From: Octopus sinensis
Taxonomy: Eukaryota
NCBI RefSeq assembly: GCF_006345805.1
Contig: NC_043004.1
Location: 49,724,001-49,788,000, forward strand
DNA: 64,000 nucleotides
Direction of reading: 5' to 3'
Position numbers and translations under genes: made by a program. Below, piece by piece: positions 24,809-38,118 of this stretch (position 1 is the stretch's first letter; the number at the start of each line of letters is the position of its first letter). Below the pieces are notes generated by a model. The model searched no databases. It was not told the DNA's origin and saw only the letters and a program-made list of their open reading frames with translations.

Positions 24809-25859
24809 AGCCTGTGAGCTGGTAGAATATTTAAAACATCGGAATGATACTTTGCTGTATTGTTCCGACTCTTTACATTCTGAGTTAAAATCCCACGGAG
24901 GTCAACTTTGTCTTTCATCCTTCGGGGTCGATAAAATAAAATACCAGTCATATACTGGATTAATGAAATCGATTAACCTCTACCCACAAATTTCTGATCT
25001 TATCTTTTATATTACAAACATGTATCATCGTTTCTGCCGCTTCTTACCCACATTCTTATCTCCCTTGTCTTTATCTTTCGATCCCTCGGTGCAGGTTTTA
25101 TTATGTCTTTTTTCCTACTGTTTCTCATTCAGTTATTTCTCCCTTGTTTTATCTCATTCTCTTTCCTCTTCAGACACATCTTCACCAAACTGCCTCTATA
25201 TTTTCTTCACTGCTGTCATCTTTTCTCTGCCCACTACTCTTAAATTCACCACTCTCTCTCTTTCTATGTCTCTGTCTCTCGTTTCTGTAACGCATCCTTT
25301 TCTCGCTACTTTTACTCTACCTTTTCCTCGTCTTCCCTTTTCCACAAACGTTTCTTTTAGCCTTTTTGTCTTATTACACATTCTACTTCAACCTATTCTT
25401 TCTATATATCTGTTACTATTTCCATCAACGCTTTCCTCTCTCAATTTAGTTTGCCTCTATTTATTTATCTTTCTGTCTATCATACAAAACTTTCTACAAC
25501 CCTTCCTTTTTCACCGCCACCATCCATGTGACACCAGTTATAACGGCGCTGCCCACGTGATACGCTTCAGTTTCTAGCTCATTCATCACCAATCATTTAC
25601 GGTAGACTGAAAAGACAAGAATATGCCGCACACTTCACGCCCAAACGACGTCGTCTGGATACCCTTATTAAAATAGAACCAACAATAATAGTGTTATTCA
25701 TTGTTTCAATGTTTCTTTTTCTGCATACGTGGACCTTTCTAGAGAACAAGGAAATGACTGGTCTAAGCATTAACTAGAACAAAGTTGAAGGGTTTGCGAC
25801 TTTCTACTTGATGAAGCTAGTCTATGCGAGGTGACGGCTTCTGTTTTTGTTCCGAAGAT

Positions 25860-26160
25860 ACCGTTATATGCTCGGGGTCTACTTAAGACCAAACCTCCAG
25901 GAGAAGAAAAACTTGAAAGAAGTCATGAGCATCCTGACCAATCTTACTCAGAAGTGGGGCAAATAAAGAATATGTTCTTGAAATATCAAGCATAAATGGC
26001 TGAAGCCTGCATTGCTTCGGTGGTGTACAATCGTCTGACGGTTGCACCTTGTCCCAAGTGGTATCTAACTAAACTAGGGGATATTCTCTTTTGCTTCTTG
26101 TGAAAAGGGACAGGTTCCGCTAGTCAAACGCCTAACTGTTATCAACATCCCCTACGAAGT
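25860..26160 (+). pseudogene. Old Tx1/L1-clade ORF2 fragment
   Basis: MLGVYLRPNLQEKKN..LTQKWGK and AEACIASVVYNRLTVAPCPKWYLTKLGDILFCFL*KGQVPLVKR parallel the 20.2-20.5 kb copy. Confidence 0.7.
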
Positions 26161-26419
26161 GTTCCGGTATGACAGGGATGATGATGAAATACAAATACTT
26201 GCTATGGTTGACACATCCATAGGGATTCCTCGACAATGAAAACAAAGAAAAGATGTGGTCGCTCTTTTAGCGGCACGTCTTCTTACGGCTTGTCTTGTTG
26301 ATCGAGCTGCAGTTCTGGGTCAAGAATAGACTGATTGCTAGATTCTCACTGCACTTTACCAGCTAAAGAATATTGTCCGTAGAACCACAAATATTGTATT
26401 CTATAAAAGGGTTACTTAT

Positions 26420-27350
26420 AGATATAGGTAATGATAACTGGGTGCAATCCTGGACATTGACGGGAACAGTCTGAACAGTCTGGAGGACTTTCTTGTAAAG
26501 AATTATGATTATGGACAATTTCTAAAAATGTCTTAAGAAGTATGGTTACAAGAGAACCGTGCTTGGTCACCGGATGGACTGTACAGGACCTGAGAGCAAT
26601 TGAAACTGTTCGAGATGCGTAGAAAGTACCGTAGCCGTTTGGCACTCTCTCTTTCAGTCAGTGTCCATGTATTACTGATTTGTAGGTGTATGTCAAACTG
26701 CTGTTATGTGCGAGTTAGATCAGGTTATCAAATGAATTTATCGCGTATAACAATCTATCGTCTTCCTTTCGTAAGGACGAGCAGGAAATTTTCCTGTCTG
26801 AAAGCTGTTGCCAAGGAACTTCCACAATGGAAGATGCATACTGTCTACTTGGTTATAGCGAAAAAAGTTATGAAATTTAAACCAAGTATTCTACTCTCAG
26901 ACCAAATCTTCTTCAAATTCTTCAAAGAACCATGTGAAAATAGGTGAGGATGGAGATGAGAGTGCCACTTTTCAGTAAATTTTGTCAGGTGTGCGAGAAA
27001 GGGGAGAAAGTGACGTGATGAAATGGGCCATAGCCTTGCGGCAAGAATTAGGAGTGAGCATTTACCTTTAGTGAGCAGATTAATCTGAAGTGTGTGTAGA
27101 GTATCCCGAATTAATCTACGTGTTGTCCTTACTTTGGAGATCCTTTCTTGCTGTCAATCCGCTGTTCTGTATTGTTAGTGTTATTCATTATGATCTATTT
27201 ATTAATGCTAAGCCAGTCGATTGCTCAAATCGTGAGAACATCGAACAGAATAGGTTGCGATATTTGTTCCGGTTCTTCGCTCTTTATGATAAGTTTTGCT
27301 CTTGTACAGACGCAAAAAATCATCATCAGTATATCAGTCTTGCCCAATAC
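26420..27350 (-). pseudogene. Possible RTE-clade RT remnant, very degraded
   Basis: Minus-strand pieces YTDD, LKKIWSESRILGLNFITFFA..HCGSS and NTWTLTERE..RL resemble RTE motifs (YADD; KIW.S.L..K..FF.A.VE..LLYGSE.WTLT). There are many stops. Confidence 0.4.
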
Positions 27351-28695
27351 TGACAGCTATGTTAACTGATCAGTTGAGGAAATTGATGTCACACATTTGT
27401 AACGTTTCCCTCGTGTTTTTTTTTTTTTTTTTAGGGAGAGTTAATGAGACTTAATCGCCAACAATGAGCCGTAAGTGAACAGAAATATCTCATTTTCGAT
27501 AAGATAAGAATAAGATATAGGCATGAAACTACTTATTTTATTCCGTTCGCGATCTTTTGTGCAACTATTCACTATTAAAATTCGAAGACCGCTTTGCAGA
27601 ATTTTATTATCTCAATTATCACAGGTATAGATTTAAAATAAGGTATAGATTAATACAAGCGTGAGATGAACTTGATATAATGACAGATGATAAGTATTAA
27701 AAAGCAAAATGAACGGAAATATATATATATATATTTTATTAGAGACAGAAATGAAAGAAAAAGAGAATAGTTGAGAAACATTTTGTTGATATTTTAATAA
27801 TGGATGGGGCAAAATGGGTATGTTTTTATTTCATTTTTTTTTGTCAGTTTGGAACAATAACATTGCAAGTATTGCATCATCATTTTGTACTGGTACACCA
27901 TCTTTAGGAGTAAAAATTGGTCTACATAGTTGTTGTTGAGGTTGAGAGAATTTGAACCATAGTCAGCTGACAGGTACATTTTGTTTTTTCAGGAAATATT
28001 TTCTCAAATTTGACCTGATTTTATTTGAGCTTGATAATGAAATATCTGGATAATGTTTGGTGTCTAACAATCAAAGTTCTTTTCTCTGTTGGATTCCAAG
28101 TCAATTTCCCCACCCACAGTAATGTCTAATTTGACAATTTTCAATTTTCAAAAAAGAAAAAAGCAGCGTCTAAAGTGAGGTAAAATGAGTAATGACTGAT
28201 GTCAATAATTTCTCTTTCACAGTATGGTACGTAAATGTGTCAGTCAGAGAGTTACACCAGCAGATTGTGAAGAAGCTATAGAGAATATCTTATGTTGAGC
28301 TTTTACATTTAGTGAAGTTTCGTCAGTTTCATATCATGTGCCGTTTTCCCAAGATCCTCTTTCATTTGACCTAGATATTAAAATATTTTGTTGCATTTCT
28401 GATCTTTCTAATGTCCAAGGATGGGTACTGATGTGTATGAGTCTTTTTTACAAATGTAATTCTGTAAAAGTGAAGAGGCAAATTTACCTTACTTTGTTTT
28501 TCTCATTTTGCCCATCTAAATTTGTGCTTTGTTCTCAAAAAAAAAAAAGAAAAAGAAAAAAGCGGAAACAATTTTCTGAAATAGTTTCCTGAATATGCTA
28601 TAGTGTTTTTAATGCATAAAGAGGTTATATGCTTAGCTGATATAGTTTTTGTAAGATAGTGTACAATTAAGAAAAGTATTTTCTCAAGCAATTGC

Positions 28696-30030
28696 TTACC
28701 GTATTTCAAAGGCTGTTATCGACTTTTCGCAGCGCTCTTCCTCCGTCGCCGAGAGCCACGGCAACCCGTCGAGGTAGGACGTGAAATCCATCCTGCGACC
28801 CGGCTGACCGCTGCTCCTGAACAGTTGAACGAAGCGCCGCTGAAAGGCTACACACATCTGTCTCGGATCAGTTATCATTTGGAGATCGTGGATTTATTTC
28901 CACACCGTGCCTCTGCTACTCGGTCCGATTGAATGGCTCTCGTCCCTTCTTGTCTAAGTGTTCGTGCCTTTGCTCTGACAACTCAACCTGCATGTTTCAC
29001 GTTGAAGAATTGGTCGAGTGCCAACATCACTGCGAGCACGTCGGTCACCATGTCTTTTCTAAAAGCCTCTTCTAACTTCTTGACGAGCTATGCTTCTACT
29101 CTGTTACTTCCTACTGCTAGTCATTTGCTAAACCTTATTGATTCTTTTCTAATATCCCTTTCCAAGGTGAACCACCATTTATTGTTGGTTATTGCCCCCG
29201 TCAACGCCCTCTTACCTAGTTCACTAATCCGGTCTCTGAAATCTTTACGCGCCGGCAACGAAGTGTTCAGCTTCCACTAACTGAGTCTCTATCTATGAAG
29301 TCTGTCTAAGTCGACAAAACAGATCACGAATTTGTGATCTGCGTAGTCGATTACTTTAAACTGTGGACAACCTATGCTATCCTTATCTGCTACTCTACAA
29401 AATACCCTATCTAGATAAGATTTAGATGACCCGATGCGGTTTGACCAGATTCATATTGGCACATCCGGGAAATCCAGTCGATACCTGTCAGACAGTTGGA
29501 ATCACCTGAGCAGGTTTGCGAGGCTTTGCACCCTCCTTTCATATCTGCTAAACCTATACAGTCCTACCTTACATATTAAACACCATTTCAATCCCCCCCC
29601 TAACACTAAAGAGCGGGAAGTTCCCAGGAAAGTTTCCAGACGTCTGAAGAAATCTGGTCATCCTTCCTCTGTCGGGGCATAGACGGTAACTAGCCTGAAA
29701 GTATGTCCTTCGCTATCCGCTACGTCCAGGACCATCGCCTTACCTTCCGGACCGAAGAAGATCGTCCGTATTGTAAGATCCATCACGGAGGAAGATCATC
29801 TGTAGACCATCACGCAGACTTCGCCTCCCGCTCCCGAACGACTTGGAGATACGTACACCATACCTCATAGTCACCGAAAATAGATCGGAAATCCCATGAG
29901 TCGGAAATTCTGGTCTCACTAATAGCCACCACGTCGATATCCAGTTCCCTGAGGTCGTTGAGCAAGTGACACCGCTTCCAAGGTGACCACAGGCATCGTA
30001 CATTCACGCTGCCTATTTTGTATACGACCA
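28696..30030 (-). pseudogene. Tx1/L1-clade ORF2: AP-endonuclease and linker, truncated before the RT
   Basis: YKIGSVNVRCLWSPWKRCHLLNDLRELDIDVVAISETRI is the APE N-terminus; later DRILCR..IDYADHKFVIC and YLDGLPWLSATEEERCEKSITAFEIR. Confidence 0.9.
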
Positions 30031-30061
30031 CGTTGTAGGAAAAAGAAAAGACACGAAAAGG

Positions 30062-30669
30062 CGGCGAACTGGCAGAAACGTTAACATGCCGGGTGAAATG
30101 CTTAGCGGTATTTCGTCTGCCGTTACGTTCTGAGTTCAAATTACGCCGAAATCGACTTTGCCTTTCATCCTTTTAGGGTCGATAAATTAAGTACCAGTTA
30201 CGCACTGGGGTCGATATAATCGACTTAATCCTTTTGTCTGTCCTTGTTTGTCTCCTCTGTGTTTAGCTCCTTGTTGGTAGGAAAGAAATAGAAATAGGTA
30301 TTTCGTCTGCCATTACGTTCTGATTTCAAATTCCGCCGAGGTCGATTTTGCCTTTCATCCTTTCGGGGTCGATAAATTAAGTACCAGTTACGCACTGGGG
30401 TCGATATAATCGACTTAATCCTTTTGTCTGTCCTTGTTTGTCTCCTCTGTGTTTAGCTCCTTGTTGGTAGGAAAGAAATAGAAATAGGTATTTCGTCTGC
30501 CATTACGTTCTGATTTCAAATTCCGCCGAGGTCGATTTTGCCTTTCATTCTTTCGGGGTCGATAAATTAAGTACCAGTTACGCACTGGGGTCGATGTAAT
30601 CGACTTAATCCCTATATCTGACCTTGTTTGTCCCCTCTACGTTTAGCCCCTTTTGGGCAATAAAGAAAC
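30062..30669 (+). mobile_element. Family A SINE trimer (one head, 190-bp period) with about 19-bp TSD
   Basis: gtatttcgtctgcc occurs at 30108, 30298 and 30488. Flanks are aagaaaagacacgaaaagg (30043-30061) and aagaaaagaaacgaaaagg (30670-30688). Confidence 0.9.
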
Positions 30670-30693
30670 AAGAAAAGAAACGAAAAGGAAAAC

Positions 30694-32406
30694 TTACTTG
30701 GTTTTTTTGGGAGGTGTGGATTGCCCGTCCCACCTGTTGACTTGGAGTGTTTCCAACAGTAAATCACCAAGAATTCTCTCGGTGATATTCCTTCTAAAAC
30801 CGCCGAATTCCTGTGGGAATTGGGTTTTTAAATGTGTGTATGTGTTTTCTGTTGTTTGAATGATTTGTATGTATGGAGGTAAGGAGTTTGTGGGTGTGAC
30901 AAAATCTTTCGGTGTAACGTTTGGGTGTGTTATTAGGTATTTCATTAATTCATTGTTTTTATGCTTATTGCCAGGTAGTTTGTAATGCTAGTGTTTTTAA
31001 TTTGTGTTTGCTGTTGTTGTTGCTGATGTTGTTGTGGTGATTTTGGTTGTTGTTGTTGTTGCGTGTGTGGAATGGCTTGTGTTTCAGGTGTTGGAGTTGG
31101 TGTTTTGGGTGTATTTGTTTTTGTTGTTTTGATTTTTTTTCTACTTATACATGAGGATTGTTGTTGTTTGTCCATATGTTTGTTTTTCTTTCTGTCTTTT
31201 TTTCCCTTTTTTTTTTTAGTTTTCGACTTCCACTCCTCATTGCAGTCCGACTCTTCACCTGTGGTGTCTACTCGCTCTGCACCGAGAAGTGGAATATTTT
31301 AGGGTTTGGGGAAACACGGTATCAGTGTGGTTGTTGGTGGTGGTGGTGCCACGGCTGAATCTGCTGTTGTTGTCGCTGGAGTTCTGGTGGCCGTTGTTGG
31401 TGTAGGGAGGAGAGGTGCCCGCCTCTCTTTTCCCTTCAATCTAGGACAGAAGGCTTTTAAATGGTTACTTGAAAAGCAAATGTGGCACTTTGCTTTCCTT
31501 CCATCTACGCTAACTGGAATTATGCTGCCTCCAGGAAGAAGGGTCTGATCTGGGATGAGATCTACATTCTTTTTTGTCGTTTGTATAAGAAGTTCTATGA
31601 TCATCCCGGACCAGTTCTTTTTGGTCTGATAGGCTTCAAGGATTTTCGAGTTTTCCTCGATGTCTATCGTCAGTGCAGCAATTAGCCAAGGAATGGCTTT
31701 TTCTGGAGTACCTGTTGAATGATGAGTTTTGCCACTCTCTGGCCGCAGTAGAAAGGAGCTAACAACTGCTCCTCACTTTTTAGGGGGATTCAGCGAGTGA
31801 TGTTTGGCGTCTTCCTCGGTACAGAAACGAACGTCCACCATTCTATAGGCCCTTCCCCTCTGTATACATTTTTTTAGATTCCAGACGGAACATCTGTGGC
31901 TCTTTCCACCCTTCTTGATTTTAAACCGATTGTATGGTACGTCACTGTGCGGTGTATCGTATCCTGGATTGTCTCAGAGGGGCAAGTAACTTTACAGCTA
32001 TTCCGTCTCTCTCGACTCGCTGTCTAGCATTTTGAAGTTCCCCTTTAGACAATTGTATTCTCTGAAGAGATGACTTGGCTGCTCCAGTGAAAGAAAGTTT
32101 AGAAGAGCTATTCCAAGCCGTTGCGTCGGTTTGTGTCTCAGCTCCTTCATTGATTTTATCATTGTTGTTGTTGCTTTTGCTGCTGCCATTATTGTTGTTC
32201 TTGTGGTTGTTGATGGTGCTGCTGATATTGTTGTTGCTGTTGTTACTTGTACTCAACTCGCCTGTTGCTTCGCTCACGAAAGGGCTCTCATTGTTTACAT
32301 TTTCGAAATTGGTTGTTTTTGTTTCGAACAATGTTATTGAAAACGGAGCCATTGTTTTTCCGAAGATCTGCTTATGAGATCTTTCTCGAAAAGATTGGCC
32401 CTTCAT
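30694..32406 (-). pseudogene. Tx1/L1-clade ORF1 with CCHC zinc knuckle, frameshifted
   Basis: ORF pieces 31942-32406, 31299-31604 (CHICFSSNHLKAFC = CX2CX4HX4C) and 30694-30945; the stop at 30694 lies just upstream of the ORF2 start once the SINE is removed. Confidence 0.85.
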
Positions 32407-32454
32407 TTTTTGTTCTTTCTTTCAACAAAAATACAGTCGTCGTTTGTTTTTTTT

Positions 32455-33583
32455 GGTAAATTTATAGTTTCACACCAGACTCAAAATCGGTAGTAGATAA
32501 TTTTTCCGCGTTTTTTTTTTGTGTGTGTGTGTGGGGTGGGTGGGGGTGCAATAGTCTTAATTACCCTTGTAAGCTGTCCGAAATGCATTTTTTCAGCGGA
32601 AAACGGAGGGGAGGAAGGTACCTCGGAAATTCCCCTTTCCGATCCCATCTGCTTTTTTTCCTTGCAGTTGTCTTAATTGACCGCATAATGTGTGGGAAAT
32701 GCATTTTGTCTGTGGAAAACGGAAGGGGTGGGGCGGAATCTTCTGTCTCCAGATTCGTGCTGGGATCGATCCTTTACTGGCGATCTGGAAGGGGTGTATA
32801 TAATTTTGTTGTCTCAGTAAAATATTGTCTCAGTAAAATTCTGCAGTAGAGATCAATAAATACCTGGCCAAGTAGTGGTGTGGACAGTTTGAACGAATAC
32901 CAGGCCTTTTCACCCATTCTTTTAAATCTCGCCAAAAACGTGTGCGCATGTGTGGTGTCAACAAAATTTTCTTTGTGGTTTATTATGAAATGTTGATAAA
33001 ACAGGACATTTGTCAGGCTTTCTTCAGCACGAACTATAGCACTGCAGGGGTTCTTAGACAGAAAGTTCGAAAGACATTTACAATTTTAGTGAATGGTCAA
33101 TACTTTGGTGAAGGATTGATTCCAGCACAAACCCTGTTTACAATTACTTGACAGTATTTTTACGACGTATAAAATATATACACAGAAAAAAATGCATTTG
33201 CGGTATATTAGGAGGTCAAGTAAGATGATAACAAAAAAAAAGATGAAAAAAAAAATTTTCCGGTGAAATCGGGGCCGGAGGATTTTCGAGAGTGCATCCC
33301 ACCCAACCCCCACCGTTTTCCTTAGAAAAATGCATTTGCAGTATATCAGGAGGTCAACTACGATGATAACATAAAATAAAACAAAAATTATTTCCAAGTG
33401 AAATCGGAGCCGGAAAGGGGAGTTTTCGAGGTTTCGTCCCTCCCCACCCCCTCCGTTTTCTGAGGAGGGAATGCGTTTCCGACAACTTACAAGGTCAACT
33501 AAGACGATTGCACCCCCAAAAACTGTGAGAAAAAATTATCTACAACCCTAATCGAGTCTGGTGTGAAAGTATGAATTTACCCC
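32455..33583. mobile_element. Foldback-type non-autonomous DNA element with long TIRs and subterminal repeats
   Basis: ggtaaatttatagtttcacaccagactc.. (32455) and ..gagtctggtgtgaaagtatgaatttacccc (33583); the arms stay alignable for about 180 bp. Internal units start aaatgcattt. Both flanks are T8 (possible TSD). Confidence 0.8.
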
Positions 33584-33744
33584 TTTTTTTTCTTAGCGCT
33601 AATTCGTTTTCTGTGCTAATTTGTTTGCCACACTTGCACACCCTCTCATTGACGTTTGGTGACGCTGCTCACTCTCTCCCCCTCTCCTACAAATGAGCAT
33701 CACCGTGTTTTGTTGTATTTTCTCAATGTTGGTGGGGAAAACGC

Positions 33745-34721
33745 GGATCTGTTCAGTTTCGCTCACAGACTTCTTAATTATTTTTTTTAACTAAACAGTT
33801 TGAAACTTCGTATACAGGTGTAATTTCTCATGTTGAACATGGTTCATTTTCAACATTTTTGACAAAATTTCGTATTTTAGAAGTTATTTAGTGTTAAAGT
33901 TGTCATATTTAGGTAATTTTAATCAATAAATGACGTTTGGTCAATTGAAGAAAGCTACTGCTGTTTGCGATAGTAATCGAAGAGAAACAACTTCCGGGTC
34001 ATCTCTACTAAATACCGCCAATCTGTTCTATTCGTACGTCAAACGAAGGGCGAAGGGAAAGTATTTCTCCTTGGTCATAGCTGACACAAAAGAGAAGCTT
34101 TCAGTCGCAAGAAGCACGATGCCACCTTTATCTTTCTTCCTTTCTAGTCAACCCCATGCATTTCTTACTCTTTCCCTCTCTACTGGCAGGTAGCTACTTC
34201 TACACTATATATATATACAGCCAGCGAGCGAATTTGTCACTGCCACTACAATTACTGCTGTATTTCTAACAACATGTCAGGCAAACGAATGAATATATGT
34301 AAATAATATTTCTTCCTTCTTGGTGTTGATTCTCCGATGTTTACTGGTTACTCCGATGAGAGAACCAAAAAAATAAAATACAAAGCAAAACAAAGCGTGT
34401 AATATGTAACACAGGCAGTAAACAAACATAAAATAGAACAGAGTGGTGACATTCAGTAGAGATGACCCGGAAGTTGTTCCTTTTCGATTACTATCGCAAA
34501 AAGCAGTAACTTTCTTCAGCTGAATACACGTCGTTGATTGGTTAAAATTACCCAAATACGACAGCTTTAACACGAAATAACTTCTAAAATACGAAACTTT
34601 GTCAAAAATATTGAAAGTAAGCCGTGTTCAGTGTGAGAAATTACACCAGTATACAAAGTTTCAAACTGTTTAGTTAAAAAAAAAAAATTAAAAGGATCTG
34701 TGATCGAAACTGCACAGACCC
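33745..34721. mobile_element. Non-autonomous DNA transposon, about 290-bp TIRs, 8-bp TSD GAAAACGC
   Basis: GAAAACGC at 33737-33744 and 34722-34729; termini GGATCTGTTCAGTTTCG and CGAAACTGCACAGACCC; the arms remain alignable to about 34030 and 34420. Confidence 0.9.
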
Positions 34722-34818
34722 GAAAACGCAAACAACTATAATTAAAAACAAAATCAATTGACCTGACAAAACAGGAAAATAAACTCACCACCCGACAGCA
34801 ATTAACCTGTTGTCCACG

Positions 34819-35035
34819 ATATCGTTAGCACGCCGGGCGAAATGCTTAGCAGTATTTCGTCTGCCACTACGTTCTGAGTTCAAATTCCGCCGAGGTCGAC
34901 TTTGCCTTTCATCCTTTCGGGGTCGATTAAATAAGTACCAGTTACACACTGGGGTCGATATAATCGATTAATCCGTTTGTCTGTCCTTGTTTGACCTCTC
35001 TGTGTTTGGCCCCTTGTGAGTAGTAAAGAAATAGG
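34819..35035 (+). mobile_element. Family A SINE, young copy
   Basis: cgttagcacgccgggcgaaatgcttagc..gttctgagttcaaattccgccgaggtcgactttgcc..gtaaagaaatagg. Confidence 0.88.
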
Positions 35036-35339
35036 CATAAATTTGAAGGGTGCAGATACACTATTATGTGTTTTTCTTGTAAAATCCACGGAACGAGGTC
35101 AAGCGAGGCTTGCCAGTCTCACGGCCATAATAACAACAACACCAACAACAACAACCACAGTGACAGCAACAACAGTGCCAACGTCCCTTACTGACAAAAT
35201 CATTAACAACAGCAGCAGTCGTAAGAACAGCGTTAACAGCAACAGCGGCAGCAATAATAATAACAAGGATTACAGCAACAGCAACCATAATCATAACAAT
35301 AACACGTGCCATGTTGAAGTGGAAGAAAATATGTTGATA

Positions 35340-36249
<910 letters not shown>

Positions 36250-36250
<1 letters not shown>

Positions 36251-36650
36251 TATATATACTCTTTTACTCTTTTACTTGTTTCAGTCATTTGACTGCGGCC
36301 ATGCAGGAGCACCGCCTTTAATCGAGCAACTCGACCCCGGGACTTATTCTTTGTAAGCCCAGTACTTATTCTATCGGTCTCTTTTGCCGAACCGCTAAGT
36401 TACGGGGCCGTAAACAACAGCATCGGTTATCAAGCAATGCTAGGGGGACAAACACAGACACACAAACACACACATACATATACATATATATATACATATA
36501 TACGACAGGCTTCTTTCAGTTTCCGTCTACCAAATCCCCTCACAAGGCATTGGTCGGCCCGGGGCTATAGCAGAAGACACTTGCCCAAGATGCCACGCAG
36601 TGGGACTGAACCCGGCACCATGTGATTGGTAAGCAAGCTACTTACCACAT
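36250..36650 (-). mobile_element. Family B SINE
   Basis: Reverse complement of the family B head and body (gaacccggcaccatgtg..caagctacttaccac). Confidence 0.85.
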
Positions 36651-36972
36651 AGTGATAAATAAAGTTGAAGGTCACGTATCTTATATACACCCTTATCACT
36701 ACTCGTTTCTTTCACGAAGGTGTTGGTGAGGTGAGGTAGACGGTGGTGGGCATTTCTGAGCTGCTTATTTTTCTCGTTCTTTTTTCATCCATTTTACTGA
36801 TAGATATATCAAATTTTAAACATGTTGCGCAAATATATGCGTATAATTAGATACTTGCGTGTAATAATAAATTCATACATAACGTATACATGCATAATAC
36901 ATTCATGCATTCATAATACATGCGTAGCTAATTACTATACAGACACCACTCCCACATGCATACACATACAGC

Positions 36973-37037
<65 letters not shown>

Positions 37038-38059
37038 GATATACCGACGTATATCGTTTTCTTGCATTTCAAATGACGAAGAACCGCGGTGAAAGTCTTT
37101 CCAACATTAATAAAGGAATGAATGAATAAATAAATAGAAGCGTTGGCCAAATTACAGAGAGTGTAATGATTCACGTGTCCAGTTATCCAGTTGCTGGTGG
37201 TAGGGGCTTATTTCTTTCATGTCCCCCACCCATTAGATGTCACGTGGGTAATGACATCTAAATGACGGTGCTCCCCACACAAACTTCCACCGGCTGATTG
37301 CAACTCGCGTTTTATACCTGTGAACTCGAGAGCCATTTCTCGGTAGGAGGTCTCCATTCAGCTGGCAAGGCACCAGTTACAAGACACGGCTGACGAAGCA
37401 TTAACTTCCCATCCACCTTTCACGTCATATGACATCCCACCAACATCCATATCATGTTTATATATATATATATTGTTTCTGTAACGTCTAGATCCTTTAT
37501 TATTGTTGCCTGTTGTTTTCAGTATATTGTCTTTACAAGTATATAATTTCTCAATTTAAACTCCGGGATAGAAACGTGTTGATGTTTGTATATGTTTCCA
37601 CGGTCGTTATTATGTGGACAAAAAATTGGTTTTTGGCAAACTTTCATACCCTTGTGAATTAAGAAGTTAAGAGACGAAACAGTAATAAAAACACCAAACA
37701 CGTTTACTGTTTGTATATCTTGTCACTTTTACACACTTTTCATTCAACAAAGCAGCAGGAGCATTTGTCACCGACACATCAAACTGCTTACTTCAATACA
37801 GAAGATTGCCTTACGGTTCGAAACCGACTTGAGCTCACATTACAACACTAGAAACAGCGAAGCGGAAAATTAATTTCTCGTTAGAGGAAGCTGAAGTTGT
37901 GTGAAGAAAAATAAAATACTACTCAAACTAATAAGGTCATATGGTAATTCTTTTTTTTAATCACTTGTCTTTTGAATTTTCTCCATAGTTCTCGACATCA
38001 CTAAGAGTGGCTGAAGTTTCGGCTAGATCTGGGTTAAAATACACACGCACACGAACAGC

Positions 38060-38118
<59 letters not shown>

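Noticed and set aside
24852-25577. 241-aa hydrophobic ORF as a membrane protein
   Set aside because: It begins in an antisense SINE and continues through a pyrimidine-rich low-complexity tract; the Leu/Ser/Phe bias follows from base composition.
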